Assembly (NCBI GenBank): GCA_951406725.2
Contig: OX597817.1
Span: 103,292,001-103,356,000, forward strand
DNA: 64,000 nt
Reading direction: 5' to 3'
Source: Octopus vulgaris
Taxonomy: Eukaryota
Shown here: piece by piece, positions 21,664 through 36,385 of the stretch
Layout: each line of letters begins with the position of its first letter
Numbering within the stretch: the stretch's first letter is position 1
Translations under genes and position numbers: made by a program
Notes under the pieces: model-generated
The model's input: only the letters and a program-made list of their open reading frames with translations
Databases searched by the model: none
What the model was told of the DNA's origin: nothing

Positions 21664-24600
21664 TTACACTTACATGTAATGTAAGTGTAAATGGTACTCA
21701 AACACACACATACACTTACATGTATGCACGGAAAACGCGCACACACATTTGTTTGCTGCATGTGTCTTCTTTTCTTTATTTAATATCTAAACTTTTCATG
21801 TTTTCCCGCATGTGTAGTATCGTTCTTCTAGTGCTGTCTTGATTTTGGAAAACCGTCTCGTTGCAATTACCTATTGCAGTGTATTTGTTGCTATTTTTAT
21901 TAACATGCATAAAGATATTAATAAACTGACCTACGTTAATATACTGACCTATATTAAAATAGGAAACTGACTTAATAAATATTTTCGTTCCGACACATGC
22001 TCGAATGTTACAGAAAATCAAATTGCGAACATTATTGAAGGCTATTAAGTAAGATATTATACATATAGAATTCAAATAATTTACCAGCTTACAATATTAA
22101 ACATATTTCAAAGAGAAAAAATATAAATTTGCAGTAAATGAAAATATTATAAATATTGCTTACCGTCGTTAGAAGATTAATTTTTTTTCTTATCCGAAAA
22201 TAGCACTATTGAAAAGTATCGTTATCAGTAAATATCTTTAGCATTCCAATCAAACAGAGGCGTTCGTCCCATTGGATATAATATTAGAGTTTATATAACC
22301 GAGGCAAATATAACGAAGACTCTAAGTTATATAAATATAAATATATATATTGGGCTATGTTTTAAGTTCACAGAACTTGATCATAGAAACTCAAACTAGA
22401 TTCTTGTTACTAAGGAAAGAATTAATGAAGCTTATCAATTGCTTTTCCTAGGCCTTCTAAAAGCATAGGCGGCAGTTTTCAAGAAATCTGTAATATGTAA
22501 TAAATCATTATTTCAGAGAAAATACTAGGAATATTTTTTTATCGATAATTGCACGTCTAGCGTTTAGTTATATTTTGAAATATAACTATCCATTAGAACA
22601 CCATTCATACAGTGGGATTCTAAAGGTATTATCTTCAGAGTAAGTCTCTCCCTCCAAAATATATCTTCCTGAAAGTTACATATATGTTTGATCTCAGGAT
22701 TAAAAATTATGCTTGTTTCCAATAAAATGAGATAACGTAATAAACTTTGTAGACAATGTTAGATAGACATCACTAATGTAAAATTGTTCATCTTGAGTAA
22801 CATACACGGAATCAAAGGACAAGGTTCAGTCGAACGGCCTTGATAGGCCTTCGTGAATCAAGCAGTTAAGACCTGTATGTATAGTCTTTCCAATATACAT
22901 TTTGATCAGCATTTTAAGGAAAATCAAACTTTTAATGAGCTGTTGGTCTTTATGTAATGTTTTGAAAATGTTGTTGCTACAGATAAACCTTACCTACACT
23001 GTCTCAATTAATCAAGTTCTATATAAACATACCTGTCAACTCCAAACCTGCGTATGGGTTTTCTCATTATTCTCAAATTCACTTATATTTCATATGCTAA
23101 ACAAAGAACTTCTACATCAGTGTAAAATTTTGCATTCTAATCTACAAAACAAATTCCGTCCTGTTGTGATTGCGTGTTATGAAAATATCACCATATACTC
23201 AGCCAATCATTTGTATTTATATAGTTGCATTCATAATTTTGTCTTAATCTGCAACATCATATGAAAATACGTTTTAATAACATTTTCGATATGGCAACGA
23301 CATTGTGGAAGAGCCATCTGAACCATTTAATAATACAAAAACTGTTAAATTCACTTATAATTTATTTCATGAAGTGTCAAAGTTTTCGTTGTACAACTTC
23401 ATCCTGATCACTGCAATTGCTTGAAAATTCATTTATGACTGGTTCTTAAAAGCCTTATACTGACGATCATGAAAAAACACGATATATACTATACAGGCAA
23501 ACAACTGGCGATTACATACACTGAGTTAAGGACTGAAAACGTTATCATCAAATGAACATCTAAACCATACATACTGAACCTCCTTTCGAAGAAACCCAAT
23601 GCAGAATGCATTAGTAAACAGAAAAGAACTCTGCTATGTCGGAAACTCTCAAAATGGACATATTAATGGTGGACTTCATAAGCGCGATGAGGAATGGATT
23701 ATCAGTGTGATTAGAACAGTACATGTTGCGATAACAAATACGTTTCATAGTGTAATGTTTATAGATGAGACCTAATTGGGAAGTATTGAATAAATGTAGA
23801 GAAATTCTGAGAATCCAAAACTGAAGTCAAAGTCGTAAAAAATGTAAATGTATGAATTGATTATTTGAAAGCCCTATACTTTTGACAAGGGGTTACTTAT
23901 CTAAGTGGTTTGGAAATAGAGCCACAAACTCAAATATCAATTGTAAGGTTAGGAATACTGTATTCAAGGCACCTTTAAGGAGCATGTGATAACTTCTCTG
24001 AAGCTTATAAAGGGACCGATGGTTCTCAGGCAGACTACTGGAACATTTTTACCATTAATAATAGTAGATTCTTAAATCATAACAAACATTTTAGATTATT
24101 TGGAAATTATATTCTTCACCTCTGTCTTTTGCATGTGACTCTCTATGTGGTGTACAATACTTACAGACAATTTACGAGAGTGTAGAACATTTTCTAAGTC
24201 AAACATGTTTCTTTCTTCAATTCGGTATTATATTTGTGCATGACTTACATTTCTTATAATATTATATACAATTATATAAATTCAACCTATTTGTGCTTCG
24301 TTATTTTCAGTGACGTATACGCCAAATGTCTAGATACTTTTTTGATCAGCTATTTCAACGTTGTTTCTTTTTAGGCATATACAACGTGTTGCAAAGTTTT
24401 TGTACTTAAAAATCCTGTTCTTAAACTTGCAAAGTATTTTTGTTTTGTCACCACTAACTCATACGCCTAGCAGAGTAATATTGCATCACGTGCGAGGCAA
24501 CTGAGTTGTTTGTGTTCTGTCGAGTCCAAGGAGATCACACTTGCAGCATACACTGCAATCTAGACTTTTCGAATTAGTTTATCCCAATTAACCAGAAATA

Positions 24601-24809
24601 TTTCATTTTCTTTCTTGCGACCATCAGCCTGGAAGATCCCATTTTTCAATATCTTTGGGAATGTCATCACTTGCACAAGCAGCGTCAAGTGAAACAGTAA
24701 CACGAATGAGATTATAATTTCCAACTAATCTATCCATCTTTACTGAATGAGTGTTTATACTATTACTTATTTTTTTCCATCGCGTTGTTATTTGAAATAT
24801 CATAGTATC

Positions 24810-25027
24810 TTTTATCTTTTATTTGTTTCAGTCATTAGACTGCGACCATGCTGGGGCACTACTTTGAAGAATTTTTTGTTAAAGGAACCAAACCAGAACT
24901 TAATTGCCTGGTACTTATTCTATCGATATATTTTGTCGAACCACTGGTTACGGGGATGTAAACACACCAGCACCGGTTGTCAAGCTGTGGTGAGGGACAA
25001 ACACAGACACAAAGACACACGCACGCA

Positions 25028-25078
<51 letters not shown>

Positions 25079-25238
25079 CGGTTTTCTTTCAGTTTCTGTC
25101 TAATAAATCGTCTCACAAGGCTTTGGTTGGCCCGAGACTATAATAGAAAACACTTGCCCAATGCTACACAATGAAACTGAACCCGAAACCATGTGGTTGG
25201 GATGCAAGCTTCTTACCACACAGTCATGCCTGCACCTG
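24810..25238 (-). mobile_element. SINE family B, near full length
   Basis: Head at about 25238, internal (GT)n, tail GACTGAAACAAATAAAAG at about 24810. Confidence 0.85.
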
Positions 25239-28125
25239 TATTCTCATTTTCACATCAGTACACTTACATGAAATTTTAAGATATTGCTACTGAGGATATG
25301 ATATGACAAAATGAATGAAATATTAATATCTCTACGTGTGCAGTTGCTAAATAAACCACCAACGATAAAATATAGACCATTCAGGAATTACGCTGGTAAA
25401 AATTGATTGACACCTTATTTCATTTTCTCCCTGTCCGTTTTCATTTAACCCAAACACCTCATCTAAAAATGCAATTTCTTATTAAAGGAGACAATAGAAA
25501 AGCATTGAATTATATATTACCCAACCTAATTATATATTACCGTACCTAATTTAGACCTACCACAGCAATCCCTAATTCAAAACTCATATAAAAAAAACTA
25601 GCTTAAATATTAAGCCAGAGTAAATTAATTTTCCTGTGGATACAGTTCATCTCACACCAAAAGCTAAATTGGTCAAACGCTACAGAAGTAACAAGAACAT
25701 TGCAGTAGACCGACAGACTGAAAGCAAAAGAAGGAAAAAAAAAAAGAGAAAAGGTTCACAAGACAAAATGTTCATGAGTATGTATGTATATATGTAAGTA
25801 TGTATGAATGCATATATATATATATATATATACACGTATTTGATATAAATATATATGTATATAATATATGTATGAATGTATGTATATATGAATATATATG
25901 TATACATATATGAGTATGCACTTAGTTATATGTACATACCCCATCTCTATTCAAATTCTTAAAAATAAGTTCGAAAATATTTCGCAATTAATTTAGTTTG
26001 CTACACTTCTATATCGACAGAATTTTAATTAAACTAAACATTAATGATAATGAATTTTTAGGAAATACATACATCTCAATATTTTTACTCCTCTATATTA
26101 ACATCTTCCTTTTCTGAATTTAAACATTTTACATAACTTAATTATTTCTTATTATGGTAATAATTTCCAAATGGTTTCTTAGAGTTTTTTTTTCTTTTTG
26201 AGTATGTTGATCCACGCCAGTAAAATGAAAACTCAGCCAATGAGAAAGTTCAGTAGAACGGACAAGCTTAATTGTGATAATTGCTATATATAGCAATTTG
26301 TTTCTCTTGTTCTTTGTGTGAGAATGAGGAAACTAAGGGGAAAAGATGAAATTGAAGGTTTAAGTAGGGAGACGCATGGTTGAGTGTAAGAAAGATGATG
26401 TGAAAAGAGTGAGAAGCCAAAGAGGTGGAGCGTACATTTCCTGAAAAAAGCAAAAAAAAAAAAAAGCAAAAAAAAATGAATATAGAGATACAGTTCGTTG
26501 AAAGAGTTTTGTTGGAATAGAGTGAATTGGGTAGTACTAACAGTTGAAAGAAACCACACAGATATATACATAGGATGACAGATTAAAGAATTGCAGAATG
26601 GATGGAAGTGTACAGGAAGGAAGAAAGATATGAACAATAGTTGACGGAATTGCAATATTGGTATTGTTTCCATTACAGATTAAATGAAGTACTGTGGGTC
26701 AGACAAAAACGGAAAAAGGTTGAATTTTGAAAAAGACAGTTACACCTGTATACAATTACAAACATATGTATACACAAGCGTTCGTTATGCTCAATAACTT
26801 AAGCTACCTTATGTATTTTATTATAAAAATTAATAAAATGTGCATGCATAACCAAAAGATATATCAATCCGTCGACCGGTTTAAAACTACACTTAGTTTT
26901 CGGGCACATTTAGCAGAGGAGTTCCCTCTGATGGAAGTATTGGAATCAGATCTTTTGTTTAAGGGTACTATATCCTTTCCTACCATCAAATTTGGAAGCC
27001 TTTTAAAAAGTCATGGGCAACGCTCTTTCTCTTGACTTAACAAAAGAAGAGTAAATTTTTTATAGGCAGAAAATTAACAAATGACAATTAATTATTTGCG
27101 TCTCCTTCAATTGACTATGGACATAAAAAAAACTGAGAAGCAGGAGTAAAAATATTAATATTGCATCATTTTTATATGGTTAACCACTCAACTGTTAACG
27201 AGAACTGACTATTTTTGTCAGGGTGACTAAACGATTAAAGCAAGCCGATTACTGCGGATTTTCCGGAAGCAAAACAATAAAGCTATGGTTGGAAATTTTG
27301 CACTTCTAATGAGATTGCTTACATATTTTAAACATTCAGCTATTTATACACTTACATAGTTACACACACGTTCATACACTCATATACATACACGCATACA
27401 TTTATCGTCGCTCGACTTTGCCATTCATTCCTTCGAGGTCGATAAAATAAATGCCAACTGAGCACCGGCATCGATCTAATCGACCTATCCCTCTCCGGAA
27501 ATTTCTGACCTTGTGCCGTATTATCATTTCACATAAGGCAGCGGGCTAGCAGAATCGTTAGCACGTCGGGCAATATACCTAGTGAAATTTCGCTTGCCTT
27601 CACGTTCTGAGTTCAAATTCCACCGAGGCCGACTTTGCCTTTCATCCTTTCGGAGTCGATAAAACAAGTCGACATAACCGACTTACTCTTTCCCCTAAAT
27701 TGCAGCTTGTGTCAAAACATGAAACCAATAATATAATTCCACATGCTTTTATATTAAGAAAGCATCTCGGCATTAACTAAACATTAATGATAATGAATTT
27801 GTAGGAAATACATACATCTCAATATTTTTACTCCTCTATATTAACATCTTCCTTTCTGAATTTAAACATTTTACATAACTTAATTATTTCTTATTATGGT
27901 AATAATTTCCAAATGGTTTCTTAGAGTTTTTTTTTCTTTTTGGGTATGTTGATCCACGCCAGTAAAATGAAAACTCAGCCAATGAGAAAGTTCAGTAGAA
28001 CGGACAAGCTTAATTGTGATGATTGCTATATATAGCAATTGTTTCTCTTGTTCTTTGTGTGAGAATGAGGAAACTAAGAGGAAAAGATGAAATTGAAGGT
28101 TTAAGTAGGGAGACGCATGGTTGAG

Positions 28126-28484
28126 AGCAAAAAACGCACACTTTGACAAGTCTCCTCTTATTCTCTTATCTGCATGTCTTCCTCTGTTTCTCTCTGTTTC
28201 CTCCCTTCCCATTACTTTCTCTCTATAAGGACGTTTGACAGATACTGCTATCTTTCCCCGCCGCCTTCGCCAGCGCTGTCACTGTTTCCCTCACCGCCTC
28301 CCTCTCACTTTCTCTCTCTCTCTCTGTACGTCTGTCTGCATTCAGAGTTTTATTATCGCCACAACCACCACACAATCATGAGAACAAATATTATGAATCA
28401 GATACTTATTGGGTTATTTTATATGTGTGTATGTGTGTGTGTGCCTGTAGCTATATATAAATATGTATATACAAAGTGTATATA

Positions 28485-28534
<50 letters not shown>

Positions 28535-28559
28535 GTATACATTTGTATATATAATGCGT

Positions 28560-28590
<31 letters not shown>

Positions 28591-28625
28591 ATGCGTATAT
28601 ATGTACATATATATATATTTAATGC

Positions 28626-28662
<37 letters not shown>

Positions 28663-29225
28663 GTGTGCATTATGTGGTCGGTTGAGCTGAAAATATGCAC
28701 ATCTATGTTAAAAGTGCTGGCGAGTTTGCATGGCAACTATTTTTTCCTCAAATGAAAGGCTTGACCTCTAGGACAAAATTCCTCATCTTATAAAATGTGG
28801 CCCGAGTAGACCCAAATGAAATCGGGTTATATTAACCAAAATATGAAAAGGGGTCTAAATGGGGCTGGAAGGGGATTAAAATTTACAGGAGCGGGTGTTT
28901 AGGAATTCTCTGTTACATCACGCTAAAAAGATCTTTCCGTTGTCACTGCCTGATATTTAGGATTGATCTTCCAAAATATTTTCGTTCTCAACTTACACAA
29001 GATCTTTTGTTGTTTATAAATGGGAGATAGATAGATAGAGAAAGATAGAGAGTAAGAGAGAGCGAGGAAGAGTCCGAGAGAAAGGAAGTGTAAGAGAGTG
29101 GGAAAGTGAGAGAGTAAGGAGAGAGAAACAAAGAGGGAGAATGTGGTGATAAAAAACAGAAAGGAAGCAACAGAAAATAACAATCACACTCTTACCCGCG
29201 CGTAGAGCGGGTCATCTTAAGCTAG
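28126..29225 (+). mobile_element. Helitron-like insertion with intact 3' end
   Basis: Hairpin ACCCGCGCGTAGAGCGGGT (29194-29212) followed by CTAG|T at 29222-29226. The segment is absent from duplication copy 1. Confidence 0.6.
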
Positions 29226-30515
29226 TTTTATTATAAAAACTTAATAAAATGTGCATGCATAACCAAAAGACATCAATCCGTCGCCCGGTTTAAAACTATA
29301 CTTAGCTTTCGGGCACATTTAGCAGAGGAGTTCCCTCTGATGGAAGTATTGGAATCAGATCTTTTGTTTAAGGGTACTATATCCTTTCCTACCATCAAAT
29401 TTGGAAGCCTTTTAAAAAGTCATGGGCAACGCTCTTTCTCTTGACTTAACAAAAGAAGAGTAAATTTTTTATAGGCAGAAAATTAACAAATGACAATTAA
29501 TTATTTGCGTCTCCTTCAATTGACTATGGACATAAAAAAAACTGAGAAGCAGGAGAAAAAATATTAATATTGCATCATTTTTATATGGTTAACCACTCAA
29601 CTGTTAACGAGAACTGACTATTTTTGTCAGGGTGACTAAACGATTAAAGCAAGCCGATTACTGCGGGTTTTCCGGAAGCAAAACAATAAAGCTATGGTTG
29701 GAAATTTTGCACTTCTAATGAGATTGCTTACATATTTTAAACATTCAGCTATTTATACACTTACATAGTTACACACACGTTCATACACTCATATACATAC
29801 ACTCATGAATTTATCGTCGCTCGATCAGTTAGAAACAGTACCTACATTTCCGTTATATAACTTCCTATAGTCTTAGAAACCGTATACTCTCATAAAAACA
29901 GGAATACCACCAGTCCTAAACATGCTATCTGAAAAAATAAATAAGATCGTCTCATCATGATTTATCTTACCCAGCTTAGATGATGATTGTATCTCATATA
30001 ACCACTAATGTACCGATTATCTTTCTACTGAAGAAATGTTTCCATTTTAATTTTCAGTGGCCATCTAATACAAAGATTCATCTAGCCGGTCATAGAAGAG
30101 AGACCTACATTTAAAAGTCCTTTAAGTAGATCTTTATATCTCGACTTTAGAATCTGACAAATCTACGACTGTACAATTCTGAAAAACTTAACAATAGCGC
30201 TATGTCAATACAGGCCTAAATGATTGCGGCTGGAACGTTCAGGATCGAAATTCAGCTCAATCATTACCGTTCTAGATGTAAACAATATCAACACAAAAGA
30301 TACAAAAGGCTCATAGTCTTTCATCTTTATTTCACTAGAGACTGTGTGGGGGAGACATGTACGTAATTTAGTGCGGAAATCAGTAAGCCGTACTTCTTTC
30401 CCTTAAGAAGACAGTTTATAGGATACAATCATTAATCACAAATACGCTTGTGATAAATGTTGATTATTAATGTTATAGGAAGAAACTCTGGCTACAATAT
30501 TATAATTCCACATAA

Positions 30516-30940
30516 GGCAATGAGCTAGCGGAAGTATTTGTACGTAGGGCAAAATGCTTAGCGGCATTTCGTCTTTACATGCTGAGTTCAAATTCCGCCA
30601 CGTTCGACTTTGCCATTCATTCCTTCGAGGTCGATAAAATAAATGCCAACTGAGCACCGGCGTCGATCTAATCGACCTATCCTTCTCCGGAAATTTTTGA
30701 CCTTGTGTCGTATTATCATTTCACATAAGGCAGCGGGCTAGCAGAATCGTTAGCACGTCGGGCAATATACCTAGTGGAATTTCGCTTGCCTTCACGTTCT
30801 GAGTTCAAATTCCACCGAGGCCGGCTTTGCCTTTCATCCTTTCGGGGTCGATAAAACAAGTACCTATTGAGCATTGGAGTCGACATAACCGACTTACTCT
30901 TTCTCCTAAATTGCTGCTTATGTCAAAACTTGAAACCAAT
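30516..30940 (+). mobile_element. Two adjacent SINE family A copies (duplicated at 27411-27730)
   Basis: Heads AAGGCAATGAGCTAGCGG and AAGGCAGCGGGCTAGCAGAATCG, each with the family A core. Confidence 0.8.
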
Positions 30941-32020
30941 AATATAATTCCACATGCTTTTATATTAAGAAAGCATCTTCGCAGCTTTTTGTGGTTAAGG
31001 AGACGATAGTTACGAGAAATCGTATGTATATTTTGATACAACTTAGAATGAATATAAATTCTTCACAGTCCTATGATTTACTACACAAATGTATTGGTTG
31101 GTTTCATCATGTTTCATCACATATATCTGCCTGAATCTGTAGAATTACTTATGTCTTCATGACATCCACTTGAATGACAGTGAATCTCAGACTAGTCGTT
31201 CATCTCTGTCTGCTTCAAGTTTCCGGAAACAAAGCATCTATTTGCGTAGATATTATGGACTTCTATGTAAGCGGGATGTGATTCACTCTTCTGGACAGTA
31301 TTTTGACGACGCTTTCCCTATATTTGCATCAAACGAAGATGGGAATGCTCTGTACCTTATCCTTTCATAAAAGTATACACCAGTCAGGCTTAGAAGCTTT
31401 CAAAGTCCTCTATGTATTTTCTAAAATGTTTTCCACAGAAACTACTCTGCCTGAATTTTAGCATTAAACTATGTTTGTAACCCAAGTGGAGAGAGAGAGA
31501 GAGGGGGAAAGAAAGAAAGAGCGAGTTTAATATGATTTTAACTAATAACGTCATTAGCTGCTATTTATAAATGACCCTTTATAAGTGAAGGAGTAGCTTT
31601 TATCTTCCGATTCTCTAGTGAAGCTGCTACATCAACTGTGTCTCTTATATACCAACAACGACTGTGAAAATAAGGTGGTCAATGACAGTCTGAGTATAAA
31701 TACATTTTCTACAAGAACAATTACGAAGAGATATAATTTTAGTGTTTATGGAACTTCACTCGAGTCTTTATTGAATAAAGAAATCTCTTGCTAAATGCTT
31801 TCTCCAGACTGTAAACAACAGTCGTAAGATGTTATACACAAGAAAATATTATAGAATTCTAGTAGAATTAGGAAAGAGAATTACTCCTATATTTACCAAA
31901 ATCTAGCAATCTCAATTCTTTTCCTTGAAGAATTATACAGTTTCAGAGAAAACGTGAAAATATTCTGCGTTGTTGGTTGTCTCTGTCTCAAGACACATAT
32001 GTTAGTAAGATACCAATCCC

Positions 32021-32550
32021 ATGGAGTACCCATATTTGGAGTACGGGATTCAAGCCTCTTCTCCTTATCTCCTTAAGACATACATCATCTCGCAAGAGTC
32101 CAGAAGCCGGCTACCCGCATGGTTCTTGGTCTCAAGCATTTGTCTTATGAAGAAAGGCTGAAGACGCTCGACCTTTATTCTCTCGAAAAACGACAACGCC
32201 GTGGTGATCTCATTCTAGCTCACAACATCATAAGCGGAAAGTGTAACCTCTCGAAAGAGCTGTTCTTCACTCCTGCTCCAGAGCGTGGGCTGTGGGGTCA
32301 CTCCATATAGCTCTATCTACGACGATTTCATCTCAATCGAAGGTAGAGGGGCTTTCTCCGTCTAGGTTGCGGATCCGTGGAATAAGCTGTCGGACGAGAT
32401 AGTGAAGATGCCGACGACCGCTCGGTTCAAAGTCTCTCTTGACCAGAAATGGCCTGAACTCTTTGTATGACCACCCTCCCTGTACATAACTCCCTGTCCC
32501 CCTACATGGCCTTTTGAGCCAATAAAAATTGAATTGAATTGAATTGAATG
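32021..32550 (+). mobile_element. CR1-clade LINE 3' fragment
   Basis: Motifs LEYG...SPY...RVQ..ATRMV.GLKHLSYEERLK.LDLYSLEKR.RRGDLI..H, WNKL and FK..LD. Tail is AATAAA plus (ATTGA)n. Confidence 0.9.
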
Positions 32551-32957
32551 TAATAACAATAGTTGCCTCATAGAAAATCTAATTTCGGTCATTTGCCAAA
32601 TAATATTGCATAGTTGTGTTATCGATGACTTTTCAATACTTCATTGGAGTTGATCATTTCTGTACTGGAACATCTTAGCTCAAAAAGCCAACTTGCTAGA
32701 TAGTTTGCATTTCTACTATTGTCTTATAGAAAATGTTCCAATTTTATATATCGGTGTAAAACGTTCTGTCAAATTAGTTCCTTTACCCCAAAAAAGCAAA
32801 ATTCAAATATTTGATGAATATAAACTGATCAACTAAATACCAGATAAACAGACAGATTGGGGTTGATATAACTGGCTAAAACCCCTTACCACAGTCCAAT
32901 AATCGAAACTAGTGAAAATAAAAGAATAAGTATATATTCTTTTACGCTTATCTTTCG

Positions 32958-32994
<37 letters not shown>

Positions 32995-32999
32995 GACAA

Positions 33000-33395
33000 A
33001 AACACATCCAGGCATCATCATGGTGTTTGGAGTGATCCCTAGTGATGGCAATGTTATGCCTCCATTCATCTCCCCACACAGCCTCAGACTCAACACGGAG
33101 GCCTATATCAAGTACCTGAAAGAGGTAGTGCTGCCATGGGTCAAGAGAGTGGCTGCTGAAAGACCCTATGTCTGGCAACAGGACTCTGCACCGTTCCACA
33201 CAAGCAGGGGAACTCAGTCATGGCTGTCAGACAATTTCTGCGACCACATCACCCTTAACATCTGGCCACCTAAATCCCCAAACTGCAACCCCTTTGGTTA
33301 TTACGTGTGGGGCGCAGTTGAGTGAGAGACCAGCAAAGCTCCTTGTAACACCAAAGATGAACTGAAGGCAAGGATTATGGTAGCACTCACTAACT
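33000..33395 (+). mobile_element. Tc1/mariner transposase fragment, DD37D (maT)-like
   Basis: MVFGVI..DG..MPP...YIKYLKEVVLPW...WQQDSAP.HTS..TQSWL...WPPKSPNCNPFGYYVWG. Confidence 0.85.
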
Positions 33396-33419
33396 TGTGG
33401 GTTTTTATTTCTTTGTTCT

Positions 33420-35430
33420 TGGGATTATCCTTTCGACGGATTTCAGTTTAGTGTCCTAGCTACAACGTCATGTCTCGTCGGTAGATAATGCTGTGATGAC
33501 ATTTTCGGACAACTGCTTATGATGTGGATGATATCTTCAGTGTGAGCTCCACAAAGTATGGATGGGTTGTCACATTTTACGGCTTTTCCTGCTTCTCTAT
33601 CCATTTTGTGCATCAGGTACTTGGTTGATATTTCCTGTTCCGGGATTGCAAACGCATACCTTTCAAAGTGGGAGGTAGTGATCCGGCTGTTCGTCCATGA
33701 TAAACTGTTTTGATTATCGATGTTACTATCATCACGGAGCTTTCTAGTAACATATCTATGCATAATCTTCTGCTCATATAGGCTCATCCTTTCATCTGAT
33801 ATGTTGCAGTAGAATCGTGCGACTTCTTTGAGCATATATTCTAGGTTATAAGACAAAGAGTTTTGCTCAAGGAGCTGCCTTCCAAGTCTTATGATGTCAT
33901 TAGCCTCATGTACGCAAACTTGGCCAAGGGATGCACTTCGACGCTTGGTGTTTAAAAGATGTTGCCGAAGGGATATGATGAGACATTCGAAGGCATTTTG
34001 GATCGATGTTAAGCCCTCTGCCACATTGTTCACGTTTTATGTAGAGGCGGTCTACGTCACAGTTTATGTGGAAATTATGTGTGCTTGTTAGTATTTTTCG
34101 GGTTTTCACGTCAATGGCTCGGATCTCACCAAGCGTCCAATCAAGTAGCCCAAATGTTGGTATGATTACTGACACTGCAAACACATTGTGGGCCACTGTT
34201 TTATTGAATGCAGAGAGATGTATGTATGTATGTATGTATGTATGTATGTATGTATGTATGTATGTATGTATGTATGTATGTATGTATGCGCTCTTCCGTT
34301 TTTAATTATTTGAAATTTTTGAGGAAGGCTTTGGTTTCTAAAAAAGATACAAAATTCCATTGTTGAAATGTAGTTAACAGCAAATTCACACTTTAAATTT
34401 GAGAAAACTTGTGCATATAGTTACTGTTCTACTTACAGATTGTGATGTGCGAATCAGCTGCTGGGTTTCTTTATTTGAAAACATTCTAGCTTATCCAGAT
34501 TGACACTTAGGCATCTACTCCCAAAACTAAGTTAGTTATGTCTAGATCTTACGGGTTTTATCGTCTATGGAATATATCTCCCGTACAGACCAGTCAAGTA
34601 CCCCAAATGTTGGATTTGCACTGGTACTATAAATGCATTGTGAGATATTGTCTTGTTGTAAGAGGAGAGTTCCGGCTGCATATTTTTAAACTCTCGTGTA
34701 TTGTTCTCGAGTCCCTTTATCGTTAATTATAGCCCTTTCATGAAAACATATGTTGCTCTCAATGCCTAGGTCTTTGCAGCATTCTTTGTGCGGAACAGGA
34801 GGGACAGAGAGACCGTCAATACTCAAGTATTGGATCTGGTCACGTTCAACAATCAAATACAGACTTCTCTGTTGGCCAAATATATTCCTATGTCAGCTAA
34901 AAATGTTATTAACTCTAGCTGTTTAGGAGCATTGTTAACATGTTTAGCATAAATCTTTAGGACTTCACAAAGAAACTAGGGGTTACTTTAGTAGCTGCAG
35001 ACATTGGCATATAGTCACTTGGTTTTACAGCAGGAATGATAATGGATGTAATACCAAAATGAGCCGAATTACAAAAATACTATTTCCTTGGAATATTCTC
35101 TTTGAAATGTTTATATTGGAGACGATCGTTCTGCTCATAGTTGTAAGTGTGAGAATTGTAGCCCTAATCTTTGTGAGCTTCTCAATGGTAGCAACTAAGG
35201 AAGTGGGTACTTTTGCCAAATGTAGACTTCAGAATGAGGGCTAGAGTCGTCAAATGCTTTCTTATAATCAAGCCAAACTGTCACAAAGCGTCTACGATGT
35301 TTTCATATTTCAGACAATACAGCTTTGTTTCTCAAATGTTTTCAGCATATCCCTGCACTCTCTTCTTTCCACCTGCATGCTCATCAGTCACTATTTTATT
35401 TGTCTCACAATTCTCCTGGAGGAATTGGTT
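33420..35430 (-). mobile_element. Dong/R4-clade (RLE) non-LTR retrotransposon remnant, interrupted
   Basis: Motifs IFQGNS...LHPLSFLL, HNVFAVSVIIPTFG..DWT..EI..ID.KTRK.L...H...DVDRLY..R..GRGL, EQEI.TKY, and a CCHC-type LCG..TEDIIHIISSCP...Y..RHD.VA. Confidence 0.8.
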
Positions 35431-35459
35431 ATATATATATATATATATTATTTATTTAT

Positions 35460-35782
<323 letters not shown>

Positions 35783-36040
35783 TAGTGGTTTTCTGTAAAA
35801 TGTCAGCCTCTTCCAGGAACCTTCCAATTATGCAGTTTGCCTACAACTATAGTGAAAATTTCCGGGTCAGTTGTGTATTGTATATATTTTACTATCGATG
35901 CTGATAGTCAGTCCTTACTACCTGCATTTATCCATGATAGATTGTTCAGTTTTATTTCAAGATTTCTTGCCAAAAGAGGAAGAGCCGGTTTCTAACTTAG
36001 ATTCCTTCATTGGAATTTCAGCATCAACAACAGGGTATTT

Positions 36041-36385
36041 TGTATGTATGTATGTATGTATGTATGTATGTATGTATGTATGTATGTATGTATGTATGTA
36101 TGTATGTATGTATGTATGTATGCATGCATCTATGTATGTATGTATGTATGTATGTATGTATGTATGTATGTATGTATGTATGTATGTATGTATGCATGTA
36201 TGTATGTATGTATGTATGTATGTATGTATGTATGTATGTATTTATGTATGTATGTATTTATGTATGTATGTATACATGCACACAACATACATGTATGTAC
36301 GCATGTATGCATATATATATATATATATGCATGTATGTCTGTTTGTGTATGTGTGTATGTATACAAGTGTACATGCATGCGCGCA
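36041..36385. repeat. (TATG)n microsatellite
   Basis: Direct reading of the sequence. Confidence 0.95.

Larger units (their letters stand above)
26032..30978 (+). repeat. Recent local tandem duplication (copy 1 about 26032-27770; copy 2 about 27775-30978), rearranged
   Basis: Near-identical blocks: 26032-26384 = 27775-28125; about 26817-27414 = 29226-29824; about 27411-27767 = 30605-30978. Confidence 0.92.

Noticed and set aside
35950-36040. Exon-like (ttcaAG|ATTTC...) or hammerhead-like (minus-strand CCAATGA...GAAACCGGCTC) segment
   Set aside because: The donor is weak and the ribozyme core is broken; probably a dispersed repeat relic.
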